Source: a virus (lineage: Duplodnaviria; Caudoviricetes). Taken from it: a stretch of DNA of 64,000 nucleotides. A model generated the notes under the pieces. That model did not search any database. It was not told where the DNA came from and was given only the letters and a program-made list of their open reading frames with translations. Numbering within the stretch: position 1 is the stretch's first letter; each line of letters starts with the position of its first letter. The position numbers and the translations under genes are program-made. This document shows positions 46,690 through 56,300 of this stretch, piece after piece. The stretch is taken from the IMG/VR virus record IMGVR_UViG_3300014091_000001, positions 22,392-86,391 of that record. One strand, written 5' to 3'.

Positions 46690-48810
46690 CTGGTGTAAAG
46701 TCGTCGCGCTGCCGATAACGTTTGACGCCGTTAAAGAAAACGGGATTAAACATAACAAGAGGCAGTAAGGTTATGAGCCGCTGCATTGTTTTTGATCTCA
46801 CCCATCCTATGGCTAAGCAGACTCGTGCTACCTGGCTAGGTGGGCTCAGGTAGCATCTGTTTTGCATAACAGCACAACGGGGTGAATCATCCCCCCGGGG
46901 TTTCACTTCCCCGATAAGGTTCCCCGCGCTTAACTCCACTCGGGCCGCTACGCGCTGCGGCTTGTGTGGCTACCCGCCTCAACCAGTCGCGATTCTGGAC
47001 AAAGGCAAGAATGATTCACTCCGTTGTGCGCCGGGCTTCCACCGACTCCCATCTGTTTTTTAAGCCACTCAGATATCGTCTGGGCTTGCTTACGGTGGCG
47101 GGACGCCTTCCTACATCTACACGGTTCGGATTCCCCGCATATCACGTCACGGTCAACGGCGCTTTTCCGTGGTCACTGCGCTTGCTTGTGGGCCAGGCGC
47201 TTATCTTCTGGTTGCCGTCTGTGCGGCTGCAATTCACCACAATCAAAAAGAGCGAACCACCTACACCATGTTTTGCCCAGCCCGATTGGGGTTCGGTGTT
47301 TTGTGCTGGTCGCAGGTTACAGTTTTTCACGCCCGCGCTCTTTGATTGTGGTGCCGGTGACGATTCCGGCCTGGCTCCTTCCTCAACGGGTTTTTATCCA
47401 TTACGGATTACCGTTTATTGGTCGCTCCATCGGTTTCTGTTATGGCTCCGGGTGCCTCCCGGTGTCCTCTGGCTGGTTATCCACCTTGGACGGGAACATT
47501 TCACAAAGCTCGGCCTAATGATTACCAACCTACCCTACTGCATAACCATTTTCCCGCATGCGCTTAGCTGCATTCGCCACAACATGTAAAGGCGCTGGGA
47601 GTGAATCTTATGCCCATCGCAACGCCCTTAGATGTTGGTATTCCGGTCCACCAGCCGACTGATAGCTGTAAGATCGTATTGGTTGAGTTAGTGTGTTCGA
47701 AGCACTAACCGGTGAAACCGGAATTGTGTGGTCGCTAAGCGCAGAGCGATTCCAGAAGAGGTGGAAGGAGCGCATAACGAACACACAATTTAAGTCTCAT
47801 TTGTGGCCCGTTAACGGGGGCCAGGCGGGTGCTTATTTAAGCCGCACGGGGCATTCTATGAGCGGGATAGACCATCAACCGCTTTCTCTGCCGTGACAGG
47901 AGGGGCTACTTGCCGTTCACCTTCCTCAGAACATACCCGTTACGCTTGTGACACCGTAACAGGAACGGCCCGTTCCGAACTAAGACGATGCGCCCGACCA
48001 GAACATTATCTTCTCTCCTGTAAGGGTTAGAAGAATCGGGCGCATCGAATCCTTAATGCAATTGTGGGTGGTTTCTGTCCTTGCGAAGCGTCGCCCCGTT
48101 AACACCATATCGCCACAGCCTGTGTTTCGGCTCTGCCACAACGTTAAGGACACGGCTTGACAACCTTGCGCCGCTTGGCCCGTTACGACGGCTCTCCGAC
48201 CTAAAAACCTCGCCGGTAGCTGGTGCAACACAGGTGCTGGCCACATTCCTGATCCGTGCCCTTAACGTTATGTCAGTGACAGTGACATAACGTGTCCGTC
48301 TTCCCGGACGTCCAAACCATTTGTACAGTGGTTTACTGCATCGCTATAAGAAATCATTCAATTGCCCCATTTCCCATTCTCGGGTGTGCTCGCCTGCGGA
48401 GTAGTACGCTGGCAGGGCTTTAAAGGTTTAGCCCGCTACAACCGTGGGTTAAATACGCCTCATGTGACACAGGCGGTGCTGCCTACTTACATGCTTTCAA
48501 AAACCAGTCACAGGCCGGGTGCCTCCCGGTGGTATCACTTAACGTTTCTGGTGCGCTGATACCGGTGCTGATAGACCATAGTGCTTTATGTCCAGAAATT
48601 ACCGCCCGCATAGGGTCATTCCTGATCCTGGTTTTTGCTGGTCGTACTAACAGGCTGTGCGAAAAGTGACTATCAAGATAGTTACGTCAGCACGACCAGC
48701 AAAAGCCAAAAAAATACGGGCTAACAACAAGCTAACCCGTAGTAAAGGAAGTTATTGCAATGGCTTTTCGTTGTCGGAATTGACTTTACTTAACCCCCAA
48801 TCAATATGCA
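46690..48810 (-). ncRNA. ORF-poor array of long stem-loops, candidate polycistronic sRNA region/leader
   Basis: At least nine inverted repeats of 9-20 bp and a duplicated ACCGGGAGGCACCCGG hairpin; no credible minus-strand CDS. Confidence 0.5.
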
Positions 48811-48840
48811 AGTAATTCTAAGGACTTTATTTATTATTTG

Positions 48841-50139
48841 TTATCTTACTGCGTTTTTACGCAATTTACTCCCGGCTATAACATTACTCATATAGGCCTC
48901 AATATCGCCGTTCACCTTGGCCCATTTGATACACCAGCTATTGATCGCAGGCGTGATTTCAGCTGCCATCTTTTCACCCACTCCGCTAATTTTTATAATG
49001 TTTTCGGGCAAAACTGAGGCTATATCAAGAATGGTTTCACAGCCCGCTTTTTTCAGGACGGAAAGCGTCTTAGACGATACGGGGAGCTCATCTATCGGAG
49101 CATCTTTTGCATCGAGAATTCGCTGGTGGATTTTAGGAAAATCCATTGCCAAGCGGGCCATAATTCGTTGATGTAAATCCTCATCGACCGCATGGTTCCA
49201 GGCGCTTTCGAAAATGCCGTAGCGCTCATAGATGGGATTGCCCCAAACACCAGGCACAACGTCCATCGCAAACAGCATTGCGGTGCGGATCTGATAGTGA
49301 AAGTTGGCAAGCTCTATTATGTGACCTTTATATTTCTGGTTTCGAGCGAGTAAGCCAAAGTGGAAACTGTAGATATACACCGCTACCTCCGTCCCTTGCT
49401 CGGTGGTAAAGGTGTAATGTGTGAGATCTTCCCGGCCATCATGAAAGTCAACGCGCTTTTTAAGATTCTCGTAAAGCGCTGTAATCATGTCCTTTTCCTG
49501 GGTTGCTTTCGTTGTTAGGGAGCGCGACGACGTAATTTCACGATCTGCAATGTTCAGCTTGCTCTGCAGGCTCTGGATGCGTTTGTTCAAATCCTTGCGT
49601 TCGGCGCGAAGACTGGAAACATCCTTTTCGAGACGCTTGCGCTCATCATGCATGCGCTCAGGGTTGATTCGTTTGTAATTATCAAAAGAAACGCGTAAGG
49701 AGTGAAGTGCCAGCCCGCCTGTAGTCACCTGCTCGGCCAGTTCTTTAAGGTCTCGCTCCCAGCCAATTTGTTTGCTTTCCAGCTCAAGCGTCTGCATCTT
49801 CATTGCGTTCTGTGCGGCTTCAACGCGGTCCTCTGCCTCCTGGCGAATACGGCTAATTTCAAACTGGAGGGGAGCAAGCTCACTATACTTGCGCTGCAGT
49901 TCTTCAAGCGTGTCACACAGTTGATTGTATGAGTCAGCTTCTTCGTTGAGACGCAAACCAAAGGCATTCTGCAACTGCTCAATGGTGGCAAGGCACGTTT
50001 CAAACGCTCGCCGATCAAGATCGTCTCCGCCGATACGGCGCTGCGTAAGTTTGAGTTGTGAGTAGACGCTCTGGAAAGCCATTTCAAGCATTTCGTCGGT
50101 GATACGTGAGTCTTGTTGCTCAAGGGTAACTGCGCTCAT
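48841..50139 (-). CDS. pmgS: PmgS-like coiled-coil protein with C-terminal alpha-CTD/HhH-like domain
   Basis: QRRIGGDDL..RAF, NEEADSYNQL match P1 PmgS as I recall; C-terminal PIDELPVSSKTLSVLKKAG..I...SGVGEK. Confidence 0.7.
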   Translation of the reverse strand: MSAVTLEQQDSRITDEMLEMAFQSVYSQLKLTQRRIGGDDLDRRAFETCLATIEQLQNAFGLRLNEEADSYNQLCDTLEELQRKYSELAPLQFEISRIRQEAEDRVEAAQNAMKMQTLELESKQIGWERDLKELAEQVTTGGLALHSLRVSFDNYKRINPERMHDERKRLEKDVSSLRAERKDLNKRIQSLQSKLNIADREITSSRSLTTKATQEKDMITALYENLKKRVDFHDGREDLTHYTFTTEQGTEVAVYIYSFHFGLLARNQKYKGHIIELANFHYQIRTAMLFAMDVVPGVWGNPIYERYGIFESAWNHAVDEDLHQRIMARLAMDFPKIHQRILDAKDAPIDELPVSSKTLSVLKKAGCETILDIASVLPENIIKISGVGEKMAAEITPAINSWCIKWAKVNGDIEAYMSNVIAGSKLRKNAVR

Positions 50140-50231
50140 TAATAGACCTTTTGTGATTGTGCGTTAGAATTACTATCATATTTAGCGGAATATTAATGTG
50201 TAATTCTCTATTGGTCTATTGTTTTGCGCAT

Positions 50232-50254
50232 AAAAAAGGGGCTTTCGCCCCTTT
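50232..50254 (-). terminator. Intrinsic terminator
   Basis: AAAGGGGC-TTTC-GCCCCTTT with U tract on the minus strand. Confidence 0.7.
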
Positions 50255-50269
50255 AACTTTTTTAGCTTC

Positions 50270-50563
50270 TCACTGGTTAAGCCAGACCACCAGCGCCAAC
50301 ACCAGAAAAGGAAAAATGCAACAAGCGCCCCAGGTTAAGCGGGTTAACAGGCGCGACGGTGCAACGCCGGTCGAGTATTCTTCTTCCACCATGTGCCCTA
50401 AGTAGCTCACGGCCATAACCACAGTGTTTTCACTGAGATCAAGGGCCATGTATGCACTTGCGATATCCCGCGCCGTAACCCGGGCCTTTTCGGTAGTGAT
50501 AATGACGCTGCGGCAGCGCGCACCTTCATCCATAAATGAAATATTATAATAGTGGTTAGGCAC
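50270..50563 (-). CDS. Small phage protein (tentatively P1 PdcA-like) with C-terminal TM
   Basis: HYYNISF...RVT..DI..A....L..N.VV...SYLGHM pattern; coupled operon. Confidence 0.55.
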   Translation of the reverse strand: MPNHYYNISFMDEGARCRSVIITTEKARVTARDIASAYMALDLSENTVVMAVSYLGHMVEEEYSTGVAPSRLLTRLTWGACCIFPFLVLALVVWLNQ

Positions 50564-51104
50564 TTATCGGCTCCCAATCAGATGTTGTCATGTCAGAAAC
50601 GCTGGGCAGATATGGGAGCTCACCGCCTTTGCCATCGTTATAAACAAACATCAAATCTTCACTGTCAGGCAGACCATGACGCTGGCGTAATTCCATGGCA
50701 TCCTCGCGGGAGGCAAGAGTTACAAACTCCTGCCAGCCAGCACGGCGCACCGCTAATACCAGTTTGTTACTCAAAGCTAATAATGCATTGTTAATGTCCA
50801 TCTCTGCCTTAATCCCTAAACTCATCGCTATGCTGTACTGCTCATGGGTCATTAACGGTAATGCATTCGCCAGTGCAGCGCGCAATATCCCGGTTAAGCC
50901 TTTAATTCCGCCGTAGTAATTTAACTTCCGCTCGTTCATGGCACAGCGTGACAGCACATCTTGCTTGTTTGGCTTGCCACCAGCGGTAAGAACCGTAGTT
51001 ATAAAATCAAGAACCTCTGAAACCTCTTCCCGTGATTTGGCACGACGCGCAACATCCATTACCACACGGTTAGAAATGAAAAAGCTCCGGCTAAATAAAC
51101 TCAA
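50556..51104 (-). CDS. Protein with C-terminal Tad2/DUF2829-like domain
   Basis: DINNALLAL..LAVRRAGW...VYNDGKGGELPYLPSVSDMTTSDW. Confidence 0.6.
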   Translation of the reverse strand: MSLFSRSFFISNRVVMDVARRAKSREEVSEVLDFITTVLTAGGKPNKQDVLSRCAMNERKLNYYGGIKGLTGILRAALANALPLMTHEQYSIAMSLGIKAEMDINNALLALSNKLVLAVRRAGWQEFVTLASREDAMELRQRHGLPDSEDLMFVYNDGKGGELPYLPSVSDMTTSDWEPISA

Positions 51105-51673
51105 CGCTCCCTCCAGTATTCGTCATTCGCATGCTGCGGCATGGCAGCGCCTGGAGATAAACAGGCATACTGTTTAATGGCCTCTATGGCCTCATCAGGT
51201 GAGAACGCCAACAAACAGTAATAGCCCTGCGCGTCTAACCTGCGCATATAGCCAATCTGTTCCTCGCTGGGTTTTCTTTTGCCGTGTTTAAGCTCGATGC
51301 GCATGCCGTGATACAGTCCAGATGGCAGATCCAAACTCATGTCGGGATAACCTGCTTTCTGGCCTTCTGCGGCCATATCATTCGCCGTTTTTTTTGTCCG
51401 GTATCCGCCGTTCGGAGTGGCGTGTAGGAGGGGGTAAAGTTCTGGATGCTTTCGCTCAATGAAATCAAAGATCTGCACCTGATCGTAATGCTCATACTTC
51501 CCTTTCCTCAACTCCGGCTTTTTGATCACTGCCGCCAGTGCCGCTGCATGAACCGATATTTTTGATGCGACATTAAGGAAAGTGAGCGGGCTGGCCTGCG
51601 CAGATCTTTTGCTCTGCGCGGTGCTTCCTTTCTTTTTTGTATAACCTTCAAGCCATTCACTTGTGAAACGCAT
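51101..51673 (-). CDS. VRR-NUC domain nuclease
   Basis: LLHATPNGG.R..AEGQKAGYPDM....GMRIELKHGK..PSEEQ. Confidence 0.88.
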   Translation of the reverse strand: MRFTSEWLEGYTKKKGSTAQSKRSAQASPLTFLNVASKISVHAAALAAVIKKPELRKGKYEHYDQVQIFDFIERKHPELYPLLHATPNGGYRTKKTANDMAAEGQKAGYPDMSLDLPSGLYHGMRIELKHGKRKPSEEQIGYMRRLDAQGYYCLLAFSPDEAIEAIKQYACLSPGAAMPQHANDEYWRER

Positions 51674-51808
51674 AATCCTTAACGCCTATATCATATTAAT
51701 TCTAAGAACTATAAATATTTATTGCATCATCAAGCAAGTTTAACAGGTAAACGAAACGCTAAGCGCGCTTTGAGTCAATAAGCGCGCAACGTGTATCGTT
51801 TTTCTAAG

Positions 51809-52048
51809 CTAACGGCGAGGTGCGGATGCCCCCTGCCAAAGGAAGGTTTCGGAAGCGCAGATTTTTTTATGGTCACGGCGAGCCTTACGCCGCTCGGCGC
51901 TGTCTTGCTGCAATGCCCGCCATGATTGTTTGATCGCAAATATTTCTTCACGGTTCGGTTCGCGTAAGTGGCTGGCGCGGAATTCTTGAATTTTGCCATC
52001 GATCCATTTCTGGCCGATGGCCGTAATAACGTACTTTAGACAAGTCAT
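51809..52048 (-). CDS. Hypothetical basic protein
   Basis: 79 aa, AAGG RBS; no recognisable motif. Confidence 0.4.
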   Translation of the reverse strand: MTCLKYVITAIGQKWIDGKIQEFRASHLREPNREEIFAIKQSWRALQQDSAERRKARRDHKKICASETFLWQGASAPRR

Positions 52049-52210
52049 TTTTTAAGCCTTTTCTACAAACATGTATCTTTAAAACAAGTTAAAAATCTAA
52101 CGAGGGAAAGTTATCACCGATTAGGATTTATCTTATTCGTTAGTGCTTTTTATTATAATTCCGCTTAGCCGAGATCATATTTTTTTACTTTATAATCAGC
52201 TAATAGCACT

Positions 52211-52234
52211 AAAAAACCGGCGTTTGCCGGTTTT
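52211..52234 (-). terminator. Intrinsic terminator after the 58-aa membrane peptide
   Basis: AAAACCGGC-GTTT-GCCGGTTTT. Confidence 0.7.
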
Positions 52235-52252
52235 CCACTTTGCGCCAGGCCT

Positions 52253-52429
52253 TTAAGCGGTAGCGCACCCATAGATGAGACTTAGCAGCCAAACGCTACC
52301 GAAGATTGAGAGTGTCAGCGGCAACCACACACGGATAAGGTTGTCGAAAAACTGGAAGGAAGAGGTGTCGCTCTGGTCGTGGTTTTGTGTGACCGGTTGT
52401 ACAAAATCACGTTGGGCAAAAGCTTTCAT
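52253..52429 (-). CDS. 58-aa membrane peptide missed by the ORF track
   Basis: MKAFAQRDFVQPVTQNHDQSDTSSFQFFDNLIRVWLPLTLSIFGSVWLLSLIYGCATA; AAGGA RBS; promoter TTGTAC-N17-TAGATT upstream; terminator downstream. Confidence 0.65.
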   Translation of the reverse strand: MKAFAQRDFVQPVTQNHDQSDTSSFQFFDNLIRVWLPLTLSIFGSVWLLSLIYGCATA

Positions 52430-52588
52430 GGTATAGTCCTTATGTTCAGGCGGGTTGTGGTCGGCAAAACTTTGACCCGCATGGATGGGAAGCCCGGCTT
52501 ATGCCGGGCTTTTTCATAATGCATATAAATCTAAGGCTTTTTTATATTATGTACAAGTTTAATTGCCACTTTTTGTTGTGTTTATTCT

Positions 52589-52843
52589 TTAATCACGTCC
52601 CCGCGACAGCTCCGAACATGCTTTAGCAAGTAACGAATCCCAGCCCTGCCTATCCAGTTCACGCACTAAATGCACCCTTTCGCCCGTTGCCGGGTTAATT
52701 AACCAGCACCACTCTTCTGGCTTATTCGCCAGGCGTAATGAAAAAACATGCTGCGCTGGCTTAAACTCCAATGTACAGCCACGCGCCTCGGCCAGAGCCT
52801 CCAGCTCGCTGGTTGTATAATAAATTCTGGTGCGTTTAGTCAT
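52589..52843 (-). CDS. lxc: Lxc-like co-repressor
   Basis: 84 aa, position darB-ulx-lxc as in P1; weak similarity. Confidence 0.5.
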   Translation of the reverse strand: MTKRTRIYYTTSELEALAEARGCTLEFKPAQHVFSLRLANKPEEWCWLINPATGERVHLVRELDRQGWDSLLAKACSELSRGRD

Positions 52844-52858
52844 GGGCTGAACCTTGTT

Positions 52859-53293
52859 TTAACCGAGTTTAAATTTTTCCACCGACTCGTCGTAGCTCAC
52901 ATATAAATACGGCTCCGTATCATCAGCAGAAGGCATTACGCTGAGCAGATGATCAGCACTGAACATATTACCAGTATCAATAATATCATCAGCATAAAGA
53001 TGTGCTGCGATTAGTGTTAACGCCGGTCGGCTCATGCTGTATATCGCGGCAACATCACTATCAACAACTTGCCCAATGGATAATACCCCCCTTTCCAGGA
53101 GCAACGTTTTTAATGCGGGCCACCATGGGCCAAATGAACGATATGCCAAAACATTAGCGATAAGACGCTGTTCAAGTCCATTTAAGTACCCTTCCACAAA
53201 TTCCGGTTCACTTCGCCCTTCCAGCGCATGCTCTTTGAGAACGGACTCGATGTATTCTTCTGTCGGTAAAACGGTATCAATTAATGTTGCCAT
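52859..53293 (-). CDS. ulx: Ulx (DarB incorporation helper)
   Basis: MATLIDT, YRSFGPWWPALKTLLLERG, RPALTLIAAHLY match P1 Ulx. Confidence 0.85.
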   Translation of the reverse strand: MATLIDTVLPTEEYIESVLKEHALEGRSEPEFVEGYLNGLEQRLIANVLAYRSFGPWWPALKTLLLERGVLSIGQVVDSDVAAIYSMSRPALTLIAAHLYADDIIDTGNMFSADHLLSVMPSADDTEPYLYVSYDESVEKFKLG

Positions 53294-53328
53294 AGGTGTC
53301 TCGCCCGGTCTTCCCGGGCGCTCCTGAA

Positions 53329-56300
53329 TTAGTTGAGTAACATCTGAATGTCGCTATGGATTTTTTCAAGCGGGAAGCTTGCCGGAACAATCCAGGCTGG
53401 CCGGGTGAACTCATTTCCGCTTACTGGATCGTCTTCGAAATTCCAGAATTGAGCCTGGTATTTTTCTTTGAGCATGCTACGGATATGCGCTGATTTCAGC
53501 GTTGCTCGCCCCGTTGAGTCAATCAGCACATGCGCCCCACCAGCTGGGTAATTAATTTTAAACGTGCGGTTCTTCCATTTACGCTGCCCTTCCAGTGGTT
53601 GTTGATTGGTGCTGGCCGTATAGCCATATTTTTCTGCTACCGACTGGCCATCACTCAGCTGTCTGGCATCGTCAGCTTTGCGGCTTTCTTCTTCCTGGCG
53701 CAACGCGTCCATTTCTTCGCTGGAAATTTCCCCGGCAAGCATTGCCATGTAAGCCTCAAATGACGGGGCAAACTCTTTATAACCATTGTATTTCAGTGCC
53801 TGGACCGCGTTACGTGCTGTGTCCAGAAGCTGCCTAACCCGCGAAACCGAAACGAACGTATCTGCATTAACTGTGCTTCGTGAATACGCGCCCACCAGCA
53901 CACCGGCCATAACCAGTTCTGGCAGTTTATGTGTCATTACTGTGCCAGAAGTTTCAACGCGGCCCATGAAGCCAGTCACGTTGATATCCTCCAGAATCCG
54001 CACCTCGGGCAGAGTTGTTTTCTCGTCCAGGCGCTCAAACTGAACATATAGCTGTTTTGCTGTGCGTTCTAATGCTTCTTTGACCTCTACAATCTTGGCG
54101 GCAACGCGCTCATTCAGAATCGTATCCACAAATGACCGGATTTGGGTGAGGTTGCTAAACCCCTTATTAAATTTCATTACCTTTCGAGCCGGTAATGCAC
54201 TTAGCCAGAAACGACTAATCCGATCGGTGTTGTTAAAAAACGCAGAATGAACATCGTTCTCTGAGGCTCCCGCCAGCTGCATGCCATTTTCTGACTCAAC
54301 GCTCTGGCGCGCCGCCTCAAAGATTTCCAGCGCATCTTCCATCGTTGCCTGTTCGCCGAAGCCTTCCAGCGCAGAATCATAGTCCTCACCAAACACCGCC
54401 GAAAACAGTGATCGCACCGAATACACCGATCCATTAGTTTTAGAGTATTCGTACATTGCCCGTTTCAGGCCTTCATCATTACTGTCTGGATAAACCAGAC
54501 GTTCCGGGTAATCAGTATTAAGCGCCCCACCGTTGATATGGACGGATTCTAAATGGCCTTCTTCGCCATAAATCAACCAGCCATCGCCTTTAACGCGCAT
54601 AAACCCTTCTTTTACCGCGTCGGTAAACTCAGCGCGACTCAGGGTTCCAACAATTTCAGATGCCCACAGTCCTGCGTTAGCGCGTCTGCGTGATGCGGCC
54701 ACGCTCTCCGTTACGTCTACTTGTTCCCGGACATTCTCCATAGAGACTTCGTAAACGGCACCAATTCTGTTTATGGCATAGGGCTTAATCGCAGCATACA
54801 TAACCGTAACTTCAACAGTGCCTTTGTCCGGCATAAGGCGCTGGATTTGTCCCACATAGCGGTCATTGCTGGCGATCCAGTAATAAGCGCCCTCTTTAAT
54901 CAATGAGCCTTGCGGTGTCTTAACATATTGGGATGGATTAAGAAGCACATCAGGGTCAACCTTGATAACCCCTGATTTAATACCGCGCTCCAGATCACCA
55001 CGCGCGCGCTTAACCATTGTTGAGGCGCTTTTTGCTCGGCTGAGAACGTTACGTGATTTTTTCACGTCGCTTTTGTATTCGGTCAGTTCTTCAATAGCCG
55101 TTTTAAGATAGGAGCGGGCCATTCGCCGGGAACCTGCATGATAAATATCTGCGCTGCGTTTGCCGTGCGAGGCGGCCCACTCGTTATAGTCGCTTTCCTC
55201 CTGGGCAACTTTCTGCCGCAACTCTTCAACCTTTTCCTCATGAGCAGCTAATTTTTGCTCAGCGGTTTCGAGCTGGCTGGCAAGAATGGCAGGATCTTCT
55301 TTTGCGGCCACGGAGGCACGGAGGAATACGTCTAACGCAGTTTCGGCTTCTTTCTCTGCGCGCATGCGCTCAGCTTCACGGCGGGCGGCCAGCTGAGCAT
55401 TAATTCGTGCCTGCCTTTCTTCCGGGTTAGCGGCCAACATCAAATTAATTTCGTCTTTCTCATCCACGTTGCCGTTTTTGTAACTGGAAACATCAGATGT
55501 CATTATCTGATTGATCCAGTCTTTCTTGCGTTGGAGTGTTTGCAGGCGGAATTCATCAAAACTCCCTTTGCCGCAGTAATAGTGAACATTAACGCTTTGC
55601 TGACTTGAGCCAACACGCGCACCGCGCCCGTTACGCTGGGCAATGCTCGCTGGAGTCCATGGCAAGGTGAGATGGTGAATATCAGTCGTACCTTTGTGAA
55701 GGTTAATGCCCACTTCCGCCTTCTTGTTACAGATAACGATCGGGGTGCGCCCCTCGTTATAATCGGCGGCAATTCCTTCCATGCCGCTTAGCGACATATC
55801 ATTCAGCGCGGACAGGTAATCGTCATATTTAGCCAGATCGACATAATATTTTTCCCATGCGCCGTCTTTGTAACTGCCATCCGCTCGCTCTGCGGGCTCA
55901 ACTGGTTTTTTGACCTTCTTAATTTTGGGACCATTAGCCTGCGCCACCGTAGACGCGTTAATAATCCCTATCTGGTTTTCCTCCAAACCCAGCGAACGGG
56001 CAATGATCCTCCGCAGTTTGTTGTGCTGACTTTTCTCATCCATGAAAATGATTTGCTTGCCGTTCTGCATACCGGCTTTGAGATTTTCTATCAGGGCAGC
56101 GTATTTTGGCGGGATGGGGTGAGTGACTGTATTCAGCTCGATACCGGCTGCGGCAATGGCTTTCATCACGTCCGCTTCAAGTTCAACACTTACCAGCAGT
56201 TCTACTGCGTCCGCTTTCTCTGTAACGGTCGTTTCAACAACCTTACTGGTACGGGTATCCACAAGCCCGGACTCATTTTCATCCATTTCGTCCGCATCAT

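Noticed and set aside
46966-47589. 207-aa and 164-aa plus-strand ORFs in the stem array
   Set aside because: Opposite to the local transcription direction, atypical composition, no RBS or homology pattern.
47688-47708. GTTCGAA loop as a degenerate tRNA T-arm
   Set aside because: No flanking acceptor, D or anticodon arms could be folded.
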